Assembly: GCA_951406725.2 (NCBI GenBank) | Contig: OX597821.1 | Span: 19,716,001-19,780,000 of the forward strand | Direction: 5' to 3' | From: Octopus vulgaris | Lineage: Eukaryota | Length of the DNA stretch: 64,000 bases | Part shown: positions 14,837-28,209 of the stretch, piece after piece | Numbering within the stretch: position 1 is the first letter of the stretch | How the letters are laid out: every line of letters begins with the position of its first letter | Position numbers and translations under genes: made by a program | The notes under the pieces: generated by a model | The model's database searches: none | Seen by the model: the letters and a program-made list of their open reading frames with translations, nothing else | Told to the model about the DNA's origin: nothing

Positions 14837-15789
14837 GTACACGCTTAGCTTCTTTTTGTGGCAGGAAGTGTTTAGCCTTTCGCAACGTGAAAGACACTTC
14901 GGTTCCGGCAATGAGTTCGACACATCTTCCATAGTCTTGAACTTCTCTGCTAATTGTCTCTAAGTCTTTATTCACTCCAGTAATTCTTTATTGCAGATAT
15001 TTGACCATATAAGGACATTAAACGCTATAGTCTTCGCAAGAAATTTTGTAATCCCGTTTCTTTGTTATTGAATATATTTTTTTTCTTCTTCAATATTTGC
15101 TGTTGATTTTCAAGTCTCCCACACGTGTCTGTTACCTCGGCGCTTGTTTTATATGCTTTCGTTTCCCTGGAGACGCTAAAACAGAACCCAAATATTTGTT
15201 TAGCTAATACTTTAGTAATTTCATCATCATCGTCATCATCATCATCATCATCATCATCATCACCACCAGCACCATCACTACCAACATCATCGTCATTGCT
15301 GTCGCCGTCATCATCATCATCGTGATCGTCGTGATCATTGTCATCGTCGTCATCATCATCACCGCTGTTTTTGTTGTTACTGATATTTTCGTCATTAATA
15401 ATGTTATTTTTGTTAACGTTGTTATGCATCATGAAAGGCATCCGACATCCAGTCAACAGAAAACTAAATGATCCCAGCAGGGCAGAGGCGGGGATAATGA
15501 ATAAGTTGTATTGATTTACAGTGAAAAAAAAAGTGGGTGTCACATGGAAACTGTGTAAATGAATTTTCATATGCTGGTACTTCCTCAAATAAAATATGTT
15601 TACTCACCATCACTACCATCTTTAGCAATCCTCCAACATCGTTAGCAATACTATCACCAGTATCTGGGAGTACAAACATGTCATCAACAATACAGCTATC
15701 GAAGGAGACGTTATGACATCGCACTATCGACTAGAAATAACAGCTAAATCACTCCAATTCCCATCGTGCTATTTTTTGTGTGTCTTGTG

Positions 15790-16010
15790 CATATTTCAGT
15801 CATTAGACTGGGGCCATGCTGGGTCTTCGCGTTGAAGAATTTTTTGTCGCATCGATCGAACACATTATTTATTGTTTTTTTTATTTTAAGCCCGGGACTT
15901 ATTCTTTCACTATCTTTTGTCGAAGATCTAAAGTTATGGGGACATAAACACACCAATGCCAGTTTTCAATCGGTGGTGGTGGTGGGACCAAGACATACAT
16001 AACACATATA

Positions 16011-16083
<73 letters not shown>

Positions 16084-16097
16084 ATGTGTATATACAT

Positions 16098-16130
<33 letters not shown>

Positions 16131-16190
16131 CAACGAGCTCCCTTAGGTTTCAGTCTACCATATCCATTCACATGGCTTTGGTCAGGACAA
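15790..16190 (-). mobile_element. SINE family A, degenerate copy
   Basis: tttcagtcattagactgggccatgctgg, ggggacataaacacacc and tttcagtctaccatatccattcaca match the reverse complement of 8643-9118. Confidence 0.7.
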
Positions 16191-16547
16191 GGATCTTTCC
16201 TGTTTGGCTGTCAATTTTCAATCTCTTTAATTCCTGCTCGAATTGATTTCATATTTGGGGTAATGGTATAGTTTTATATGCTGATCACTGATTTGAAATT
16301 CATTTTCACAATAAATCAATGAATAAAGAGTTGTTAGCTTTTAAAGTTTGCAAAGTATTCGTAATTTTAGCCAGTCGTAAGCCACAAACACATTCATATC
16401 TCTTTCCATAGTAACAAGCCAAGCGAGAAAACTCTTTTGTGTGCGAAAAAGCACATGTTGACAAATATATTTCACTCATTGAGATGCTCATCAGATCTGC
16501 TAAAAACAACAGCCAAATAGGCCTTAAATGACGCATCAAAAACTTAT

Positions 16548-16886
16548 ACTCTTACTCTTTACTCTTTTACTTGTTTCAGTCATTTGACTGCGGCCATGCT
16601 GGAGCACCGCCTTTAATCGAGCAACTCGACCCCGAGACTTACTCTTTTGTAAGCCCAGTACTTATTCTATCGGTCTCTTTTGCCGAACCTCTAAGTAACG
16701 GGGACATAAACACACCAGCATCGGTTGTCAAGCAATGCTAGGGGGACAAACACAGACACACAAACACACACACGCATATATATATATATACATATATACG
16801 ACAGGCTTCTTTCAGTCTCCGTCTACCAAATCCACTCACAAGGCTTTGGTCGGCCCGAGGCTAGAGTAGAAGACACTTGCCCAAGG
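16548..16886 (-). mobile_element. SINE family A, young 5'-truncated copy
   Basis: Near-identical reverse complement of about 8718-9118, including the (TACTCTTT)n tail. Confidence 0.9.
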
Positions 16887-17653
16887 TTTTATTTTCGATA
16901 ATGTTTTATTTTCGATAATCGCATGAATTCCCGTGTGTAGAATACAAATTAGCAAAAATTTTCTGAAAATTCCCAAAAAATAGAATATGAGGGGTTATAT
17001 GTCGTGCGTGGAGCAGAATTTAATTTGTTTGCAGCTGACAACTCTTGTTGTCACGCACAAAATGACAACTTCGAAATCCTGTTTCCTGACTGGGTGAAAA
17101 TTATGAAACTATTAAGAAAATAAATAAATTTTTAAAAAAATAGAAAGAGTGAAATATCTCATGAGATTCAGCTTGGAAAACAACATTAATGTATGAAATG
17201 TTAATATTTTTAATAAACTCTGAATTTTCGAAATTTGGCAACCAAACTGAAAAAATCCCAGAACTAGGCTATAGTGCCGAAGATGTGACGCAGTGGTTGG
17301 AAAGCAAGCGTTTATACAACATAGCCACGCCTGCGCCTGCATCTTAAAATAAAAAAAAACAACCACAAAAAGCAAAGCAAGGACATTATATTAATGTAAA
17401 TGTAAACAAAATATATCTTTATGAAAACTGGAAAGTCACTGCCATGTTATAGCTATGCTTACTCAATAAAAGTTAACCTGATTTGAGACAACCAGAACAC
17501 AATCTCTACTATCGTGCGAACCCTCAATAATGCGATCTTGCTAAGGCCACCATAACCACTAAAATAGCATAGTCTTGCAGGAACATAACCACTGTCACTG
17601 TCCTATGAATTATACGACCAACATCGGTAGCTAAATTGACATGCTGTTGCTGA

Positions 17654-17718
<65 letters not shown>

Positions 17719-17913
17719 GCAACAACAACCACTATTATTACCTCCAGTATCATGAAATCATAAGTACCAGCTGAGCACTGGCCACGATGTTATCGACTTC
17801 ACCACGCCCGAAATTGCTGGCCTTGCGCCAAAATTTGAACTCAATGATAACCACTCCATAAATTATTGTTAACTTCTGTGAAACTCAGTCTTTAACCGGT
17901 ATCAGGAGTATAA

Positions 17914-18090
17914 ATGTCTTTACTACTCACAAGGGGCTAAACACAGAGGGGACAAACAAAGACAGACAAGGGGATTATGTCGATTACATCTACCCCAGTG
18001 CGTAACTGGTACTTAATTTATCGACCCCGAAAGGATGAAAGGCAAAGTCGACCTCGGCGGAATTTGAACCCACAACGTAACGGCAGACGA
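17914..18090 (-). mobile_element. SINE family D, 5'-truncated, with 15-bp target-site duplication
   Basis: GTATCAGGAGTATAA occurs at 17899-17913 and 18091-18105. The core gtcgactttgcctttcatcctttcggggtcgataaattaagtaccag is on the minus strand. Confidence 0.9.
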
Positions 18091-18105
18091 GTATCAGGAG
18101 TATAA

Positions 18106-19317
18106 CCACCACCACGACCACCGTCGCTTGTGCGCCACTGTGACCGTTACCACCACTGCCGCCGCTCCGCCGCTCTGACCGCTGTCGCCGCTCTCGTCGC
18201 TGTCGCCGCTGTCACCCCTGTCGCCGCTCTGACTGCTCTCGCTGTTTCCACCACTGACGCCACTTCGGCCTTTACCAACACCACCGCCACTGCCACCTAC
18301 GTCCTTCAGCACGGTTTAGTAGCACCGGCGGTGCAGGCGTTGTTGGTGTTGTTGCTGGGGTGGTGACGATGTTGGTGGCCCCGTGTATCTGTACTCGTTT
18401 TAGCGCGTCCACAGGCAGCAACAGAACTTCCGGTTGTCATTCTCACAGCCACACGGTCGCTTTAACCTTACTACCATCGCAACATGTGGGATGAAACAAT
18501 ATCAACCGCCCCACTCATTAGCATCTCTACGATGACCAACTCCATCACCACCACAACAACCATCACCACCACCACCACCACCACCACCACCACCACCACT
18601 ACCATCATCATCACCATTCCTACCACCGTCACTACAATCACCGCCACCGCGAAGGCCACCGTCACTTCCACCATCACTACTACTATCACAACCACCACCA
18701 TCACCACCGCAGCTTTTACCACAATTACCCAACCACCGTTGACACTACCATCAGCATCACAGCTAAGACTATCACTACCAATGTCACAAACACCACCACC
18801 ACCACCACCATCACCACTATTACCTCAACAATTACCCCACCACCACTGACACAACCATCAACGAATCTACTAACACCACCGCCACTTCCACTAACACTAC
18901 CACTATTACAATCACCACCAATACAAACTCCACCCCCTCCTCCTCTGCCGCCGCTGCCGCCTCCATCACTGTGCCGACCAGCATTATCCCCAGAGCATAT
19001 TTTAGTACCAACATCACTATCATCATCACCAATATCTCCATAACTATTACTACAACCATCACTGCACCACCATTGCCACTACCATCACCAACATCACCAT
19101 CACCACTGGAACCAGTAGCTGTTCTAATTCCACCACTAGCATTAGTAACAACACCACCACTACCACTACCACAGATAGCACCATCCTCTTCAGCAATAGC
19201 ACTAACGATACTGCCACTCTCATTTCCATACCACCCTTTCTCTACATGACCATCGCCACTTCTATGAACTTTACCACCAACACCAGCACCACCACATCCA
19301 CCACCACCACCACCACC

Positions 19318-19363
<46 letters not shown>

Positions 19364-19510
19364 CTGCTACCACCACCACTACCAACACCACCATCATTAC
19401 CACCACCACCACCAACACACCACCATATCACTAAGACCAACACCACTACCATCACCACCACCGCTGTCACCACCACCACCACCACCACTGCTACCACAGC
19501 TTGTAGCATA
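18106..19510. repeat. Degenerate (ACC/ACT/AAC/GCC)n low-complexity tract
   Basis: Trinucleotide mosaic with no sustained reading frame. Confidence 0.8.
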
Positions 19511-19656
19511 TCGCAGACATCCTCTCAACCACCCATTCACAACCTGTATTAACCACAATAAAAAACAATTATCCCAAAACAACGTCAGTGTTTTAATTAA
19601 CAAGGAAATCAATGTTATTTAATGCTTTCACAACATAAAACAAGATCAGTTAACAC

Positions 19657-19689
<33 letters not shown>

Positions 19690-20399
19690 GGGAAAGTTTT
19701 ATGTTTTATTTTTTAAATGCTTTATGTTAACTATTATGCAAAACACCAGTCAAGTTCTCTTTTGTTCACTTGCTTCCTTTTATATTTTATATTATTTATG
19801 AGGACTTGGTTCAAGTTGATGGTAGCAGTTTATATTCAGTATCAGTAAAGATAAACTGGTTGGAGAACGGAAAATTAAACACACACATATATATATATAT
19901 ATTAAAAAACTTATTTTTATTCAAAATATAGAGACAGAACAGAAAAGAATAATGACGAGATGCGATGTTGAATTATGCAGTTAAAAGTTACAAAAGCGAA
20001 CAGTGGGTTCAAGTCACAGCGCTGGTGTTCTGCTTGTTTTATTTTTAAACTAAGACAAATTGCATAAAATTATTTTTCGCTAAAACTTCAACTGTGTAAT
20101 AAGACTCCTTAGGGAATCAATATGTCATCATTACTCAAATGTATTCACCTATAATTAATATCTTTGTCAGAGCCATTCTGTAAATATAAACAAAAACAAT
20201 TGCCTTTGTGTTTGTGGCTGCATTTACAAAGTATCACATATTTCTAATAGGATACTGTAGCAGATTCAATGTCTGGTACACAAAGCGTATCGAACATTAA
20301 ATAGATGAAAAGGAGAAGTTCAAAATAATTCAAAATATCGCAAAAATTATCAGTGTGGCGGTGTTAAACTTTCTGTTGGCGCTATAATAATTATTATTA

Positions 20400-20800
20400 G
20401 TAACGCGGTGTGGACAAAATTTTTAACAGCACTTCTTCAAGTTCTGCACATGTTGACTACCCCTTCACTCTTTCGGGGTTGTTAAAATAAGTACCAGTAG
20501 AATACTGGGGTCGGTGTAATCGATTAACCCTATTCCCCAAACTTTGTGACCTTGTGTCAAAATCTGGCATAATAATAACAATTATTAAAGCTGTGAGCTT
20601 GTAGAAACGGCAGATTTTAGCGCATTGGACAAAATACTTAGTGGCATTTCATCGGTCTTTAATACCGAGTTCATACTTCGCCGAGATCGACTTTGCCATT
20701 CATCCTTCCGGGGTCGATAAGTACCAGTTGACTACTAGGTCGAGTTAATCAACTATCCCCTCCCACAAACTTTCAGGCTTAGTGCCTATAGAAAAAAGAA
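20400..20800 (+). mobile_element. Two adjacent degenerate SINE family D copies
   Basis: The core tttcggggttgttaaaataagtaccag (about 20470) and gatcgactttgccattcatccttccggggtcgataagtaccag (about 20685). Confidence 0.7.
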
Positions 20801-21399
20801 AAAACTATAATTATCGTTATTCAACCGGTGAGCTGGTGACGTCTTCAGATTTTTGTACGTGGCATAAAAAGCTCATCTTCCTTTCTTCCGGCTCTTTACA
20901 GATTGATCTCTATTACTGCCGAGGTCTGCTTTGCATTTTGTCCTTCCAGGCTCCATTAAATAAACAAAATAATCTACTACTTAGATCGATGTGATCGACT
21001 TAGCCCCAGCCCCTTGAATAGCTTTTGCAAGAAATATTATTTCTTATAATAACCGGGTCCCTCTCTATGTCCTGCGATTTAATGGAGATTTAGTTTGAAA
21101 ATCTTTCGTTCCAACACACCTTCTAGGATTAGTTTTATTTACTTTTTACCTTACAAGCGACAAATAATTGATCTAGGAGGTGGTCTAGTCAACTCTCAAC
21201 TCTTATTGCCACCGAATGTGTTCAAGGCAAAAGCGAGACCAGTTATATCTTGGCATTAGTGCTGTCGTGGGTATTGTCACTGAAAATCAAAAACTGGAAA
21301 ATGATTTTGCCGTTCGCAAAAATTGAAAGATATAGTTAGATCTCTGAGATGGGTATTCCACAAATAACAATTTCAAAATATATACAGATATCACTTTGT

Positions 21400-22000
21400 A
21401 ACCTGCCTAATCGTCGAATTTCCAGGTTCACGCAAGATGACTGAACGCACCAAACAGAAACCAGAAAGCAATATTCCAGCACCAGTGATGGCAGCCTTCA
21501 TGGATCCGGGTTTGTACAGCTCATCATCTCCTTGGCGATTTACGTGCCGGATTGCTTCTTCTGCTCCACCAGCGCCTTGGTTGTGAATTTCGCTGACACA
21601 TTCTACATGCACAAATCTTCCGTTAATATGGTATGTACAGATCCTGTGCTTTTTACCATTTCGCGAACAATTTTTTAGATTGTTCCACGATTGTCTTCCA
21701 TGTTCAATTCGCTGATACTTCTCAACTGGCTCTTACTTTCGACATGAGAATAGCATGCATCACTCTCCACCGAGTGTGCATCACTCTCCCCAAAGGTGCG
21801 GCCATGCGTGAAATAGTTGTAACACTCATTGATCTGGGTTTTACCTATGTCATCATCCCCAAGGGCCTACTGAGTTTTTTTGGTTGGTTTTAAGAATGCG
21901 TTTCATGAAGCTTTTGGCAAACCTTGACGCAACAACTCTGCTCGATGCGTTCGCTGAAAACGGAAGTCCCGCGTACGCGCATTACACATTTGTACTCTAG
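21400..22000 (-). mobile_element. Mariner transposase N-terminal relic
   Basis: The minus strand reads SERIEQSCCVKVCQKL.., LGDDDIGKTQINECYNYFTHGRT..ESD and GSVHTILTEDLCM*NVSAKFTTKAL, matching the mariner HTH and WVPxxL linker region. Confidence 0.75.
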
Positions 22001-23079
22001 GTGTAGTAGCCACAAACTGTTGCGGCTTACCGGCGCGAAAATTTTCACTCATGCGCTGAAAGGGTGGCATCACCTTCTACCCAAAGATGTTGCCAACGTG
22101 GAATTAGTACCGGAGCGAAGGAATAGAGTGGCCTTTTGAATGCACCTCATATAGGCAAATAGGCCTACATACGATGGCGGTTTCCGTCGTTCGATTATGC
22201 AGGTTCACTTGTTAGATCAAGAGAGTAACCTGCTCCTGAAATACCTAGCTAAGCATTCCACAGAGTCGTGTACCCATAAATTAACTCTCAGGATTGAATT
22301 AGTATTGTGCAACGTGTGAAAAGACTGTGTACTTTTGAATTATAGGTATGAACCACCCAACAATACTCTATCTAGTTTTCTTCTGCACAATGTTAGCATG
22401 TGCATTTGGAAAATGATATTTGCCCAAGGCACCATGGTAAAGGATCGGAGCGGGGGTGTTATGTTTGCTCAGTAAACTCGTTAGCCCTTTGAGTCAGTTT
22501 CTTGTTTGCAGGTTTTGAAGATCCTCAATCTATATTATGTATGTATGTATGTATGTATGTATGTATGTATGTATGTATGTATGTATGTATGTATGTATGT
22601 ATGTATGTATGTATGTATGTATGTATGTATGTATGTATGTATGTATGTGTGCATGAATGTGTGTATGCATCTGTGTATATGTATATACATACACATATAA
22701 AAGTATATATATATCGTTGCTATTATGGAAAAGTGTCGTAAGTCCAAAACGTTGCTTTTTCAGAAAACGAAAAATAATAGTTTCATCATTCCATAGCAAA
22801 ACCGTTGTACTACACTTTGACAATATTTGATATCTTGGCTTCAGAAGCAGCTGGAGATACGATACGTTTTTTACAAAAGGACAGGCTATTGCAAGCAAAA
22901 ATAAATATTGAAGAGACCGCATTTGACGAAATTTGGATATACGACAGTTTAACATAATAGCAACGATATATAAACAATTAGAAACAATTAGTACGAGAGG
23001 ATATATTGCACGGATTTTCTTACAAATCACTACAATTGTTTCAACGCATCATTATGAGCAGTTAATTGTTGAATACTAA

Positions 23080-23146
<67 letters not shown>

Positions 23147-23456
23147 TGTATACCTCCATATTTTGTAGCCATACCGAAATACTAGTTTTGTATGCCTCTG
23201 ACAAAGAGGAAGAAGAAAATTGAAGTTACGAAAGAGTAAAAAAAGAAAAACCAAAAGTGAATCAAGAAATATAAAACATAAAGGATAAAATAACTGCAGA
23301 TTCATCGGATTTTTAACTGCAGACTTGTCTGAAATTTTAGAAATATACAAATTCTGTAGATTTCCACAGGTGCATCCAGTAATAGGAAAAGTCTGATAGC
23401 TGGATAGGAGCTTTGGAAAGCACACTATAATGTTATTATCGGAATCATATAAAATT

Positions 23457-23650
23457 GCGCAGGCCTTGCTCTCTGGTAAGAAACTTGCTTCCCAGCCTCA
23501 TGGTTCCGGGTTTAGTCCCATTGCGTGGCAACTTGGACGGATTTCTTCTACTATAGCCTCGGTCCGCCGAAAGCCTTGTGAATGTATTTGGTATATGGAA
23601 ACTTAGCGGTTCGGAATAAGAGACGATATAATAAGTACTGGGTTTAAAAT
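23457..23650 (+). mobile_element. SINE family A, degenerate and internally deleted
   Basis: gcgcaggcc..tggtaagaaacttgcttccc..atggttccgggtttagtcccattgcgtggca..ttagcggttcgg. Confidence 0.65.
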
Positions 23651-23739
23651 ATCAAGTCCCCCACGGGGAGGGACGAAGGCGTACGGTAATTTACTTGTAC
23701 AGGAAAACTTTTCTGAAATCGATAAATTATAATATTTAA

Positions 23740-23947
23740 CCCTTTCGTTAACAACCCGGCTGAAACCATCTCTGGCTCTGTAGTACAAATGTCTTGTTTT
23801 CATAAGTTTTGAATTAAAATTTTCCACCCCTAAAATGTTCCTAACACTAGCGGAATGATAACTACGTTATTTTACTAAATTCTTTGTTATATTTTATATA
23901 ATTGAGAGAAACACAGAGCATCTCAAAATGAATACAGTAACGAAAGG
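23740..23947. mobile_element. piggyBac-type MITE
   Basis: TTAA|CCCTTTCGTTA left end and TAACGAAAGG right end. The same left end occurs at 33313. Confidence 0.65.
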
Positions 23948-24225
23948 AAAAAACAAAAACATGTTTAAAGCCGTATTTCAAAGTAATTTTATCACAGCCA
24001 TTTAAAAGCTACTCGAAGAAGATGCAATGCAAATTGTATTTTATAGGTAGTAAATAAGTAGCGGCGTTTTATTTAATTTTTCGATGCATTTGTGGAGACA
24101 GAAGATATTGACGCAGAGTTCTAAGATTCTACACAAGTTATTTTGATGCCCATTTACAACATTTCCACACTATTCCCATCACGAAATTGAAAATCATGAA
24201 AAAACGCTCCACCACAATATATATA

Positions 24226-25314
24226 TAGCCCGGCGTTGCCCGGGTATGTAAGAGCCCCTAGTAGGCAACGACTAATCTCAATCTAGTCCTTTCCCTCTAA
24301 GGAACGAAGGCGCATGTGTAGGTTGCAATGTCTTCTCTTCACTCCCAAATAACTATCAAACAGCTATCGATAATGCAACCCAACCAATTCCTACCAGGAA
24401 GAAATTACATTCGAGACTTTACCACTTCTGCTAATAGCTGCTGCAGCCGCAAGTTATTCGAATACTTTTTTTTGTTTAAACTTTCTTTATAACTACCACC
24501 CCAAACGTTTTAACTTAAATTTTTGACGTACCCTAAGGGTCCTCGGACGCTACTTGCAAACTCTTGGTTTAGTATAAACCGCTTTTGTCGTGTGCACCAA
24601 AAAACCTTTTCCATTCAGTTTGGTCACTTTTCACTTTTTCGTTCTTGTCACTCACATTGCTGCCCGCTTTTTTGCCGTTTTTGCACATTTTTATACATTT
24701 TGAGATAATTACCCCACGTGTTGCGAGAGTTGAAAAGGTCGAGTTGCGTCCCCTAGACAGTCTGTTCTTTGTGTTTAATACACAAATCGGTTTGCTATGT
24801 GTGCCACATATGATTTAATTAAGCGATTTTTTCCAGTAATAAAGTATCCTATTGGAATAAAAAGGGCCATATAGCTCCTTGGGGCAGACATGATGCTCGT
24901 TGTGAATTTAAAAAAAAATTCCTGCCAATTTGTGAAAGATATTGTAGATAATATGTCATCTTGAATTTGAACGCGATTCCCAAAATGGCATAATTTTATC
25001 GATTTTTTCTGATGGTAAGGTATTGCATGGAAAACTAACGTCAGAATTAAGTTTCTTAGGGTAACATTAAGCTTCACCATGAGTTTAGTGAAAAATCGAT
25101 TGCAAGTTGCGAAAACTACAACAGATTCTCGACCCCATGTCGAATTTATCAATTTTTTTCAGAACTGTGGGAACTTTCCAAACTTTTCGGTGCGTTAGTT
25201 TTGAATTATGACATTGGGCTATGTGTGTGTCAAGTTTCATCAGAATGGGTTGAAAGCCGTGGTCAGGGTGAGGGTACAACCTGACAGACACACAGACACA
25301 CAGACACACACACA

Positions 25315-25320
<6 letters not shown>
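24226..25320 (-). mobile_element. Non-autonomous Helitron, long variant
   Basis: Hairpin cccggcgttgcccggg at about 24229. 24880-25300 is near-identical to 10375-10825. Both termini have eroded into microsatellites. Confidence 0.8.
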
Positions 25321-25843
<523 letters not shown>

Positions 25844-27028
25844 GTGTGTATGTATGTATAGCTGCGTGTGTGTATGTATGTATATATATATATATATAAT
25901 TATATATATATATATATATGAATAGCTTGCTAGATAGCTAGATAGATAGATAGATATCTAACTAGATAGACATTTCTCTTTCGGAATTGGATTTCGAAGT
26001 ACATATAAAGCTTTACTTACTAGTGTATAAATATTTGATTGAGAAAACGTTTGGAAAGGATGTTCGTGTGACACGAACCTTATTCTGTAAACAGCAAGCA
26101 AAACATAAGTAGGGAAGTAAAGCACAATGGCATTTGGATTTAAGTATGATGGTCTACGTTGAAACACTGAATAGATCACCTGACTAAAGGTTTTACACAC
26201 GAAATACCACGGTGGATTAAAATGAACATAGCATAAACTATTGTAAAAGTAACGCATAGAAATACTGAAACAGACAAAAATATATACAAACGTACATGCA
26301 TACGAAGGTACACACACACATACAAGCATATATATATATAATGATTGAGTCATCACCTTCCGCTGAGGTATTTCATGCCAGACTGGTAATTCAATTCTAA
26401 CGATAATTCGAGATAGAACGGTTGTGTATTTAAATCTAGTATAATAGGGGTTATTATTTAATTTTTATAATTTTGTGTATCATATTACATCAATAAAATT
26501 AATATCCTGTCCTAGTAATTATTGTAACCCTAATTAATTACCACATGCACAGCCACGTACTCTTAACAGGATTAATGCATGCGTAATAGTACGGAGGTTG
26601 TTTCTCAAAAGAACATATTCTGCTAATTCATAATCATCTATATTTCGCTTTTGTTCGGTTAATTTAGTTTCTCTGACAGCTACTTTCTGGAAATAATTAT
26701 CTCATAGGAAATGAATGCTGGGTATCACTAATCAGACTGAAATACTATCACATCCAACGGACGACAACATCAATTTTGAGTCATATTTCTTCTATTAGAG
26801 ACAGCAAACTTTAAGTGACGTTCTCTAGATAAACCTTGGACGTGGGAAAGCAACCAAGAGTTAGACGGATCGAGTCCTATTATTACTATTGGTTTGCCTA
26901 TGTTTATGTTACATTTTTCTATTTTCAGTTGTCCATTCACTTGAGGTAATCGAGACTAATTTTAATCAAGATATTTCATTCATTCTACTTTAATTATCTT
27001 CAAATCACTTTAGAGTAATTGTTTTCAG

Positions 27029-27113
<85 letters not shown>

Positions 27114-28159
27114 TTACATTTGGCTAAAGTATTTCACTCTAGCTAACAATATACATTACAATAAACAAGCTGTTTAATGTAATTTCTTGTCACTTTCAGC
27201 TAAAACTTCGCGGATTACGTTTATCATTCAGTTACATTGAACAAAAAATTCTCTGTTTAAATATATATTCATATCACTCGAAGATTAGAATTAATAAATT
27301 TACTTACCTGAAAGTAAGTATTCAGACAGCGACAGAACATAAATATTATCAAATACTGTGTATTATAAGGTTTGTATAACCTACGGGATTGATTTATCTA
27401 AATATGTTACAAGAAATCGAAATTGCCAAGGTCTCATCCTTCCAATATGACACATTCCTCAAAATCGGTTTCGCCGATTGCAGGATCGAAGCTGAGAGTC
27501 TTATTTTCAAATATGACATACCAACATTAGATAGAACATATCGGATATATTGGTGTAAATATATTCCCCTATCTTAGCTAAGACAACGTAAAACACCCTA
27601 GGATGGCATATATTACAGAGGCTCTGTAAAGATACATTTATTCACTCCGAATATAATTAGATCTTACGACCTTCACTGTCAAGTGGTCAGTCTTAAAATT
27701 AACTAAATATTGATTGATGCATTCTTTCGATATACCGTTTCATTATATCTATATCGTTCTATCGATAGTTTTCATTATTTTTATTTCTCTCTTCGCTACT
27801 CACTTTTCATTCACTATTCTCTGTTTTGTATCTTTAATGAATAAAATTTCATTCATTTCCTGTTGAGTATTGCTTCATTTTTCAGTTTAAATTGCTGAGA
27901 TTTTTGAAATAATTTTTTCTGAAACGACAATACAATGTTATAATAATTATTATTTTTGTTGTATTTATTCGGAATTTGAAATTGGGAAAATGGAATAGGA
28001 TATACAATATCTTTTAAGTTATAAAATATATTTTAATAGGATAAACAGTCAGCGTTATATGGTATTTGTTAACATATCAAATTTTACGATCTAAGTCATC
28101 ATACAACAATGTTCCGTTTATTTGCATATTGATGGGCTGAATTCATACATATACATATA

Positions 28160-28209
<50 letters not shown>

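Noticed and set aside
15025-15588. 187-aa ORF with poly-Asp
   Set aside because: Produced by a (CAT)n microsatellite; the flanks have no protein-like signal.
18094-19612. Thr/Pro-rich mucin-like or Gly/Val-rich ORFs
   Set aside because: Degenerate (ACC)n tract with frequent frame changes and stops, no domain and no clear splice structure.
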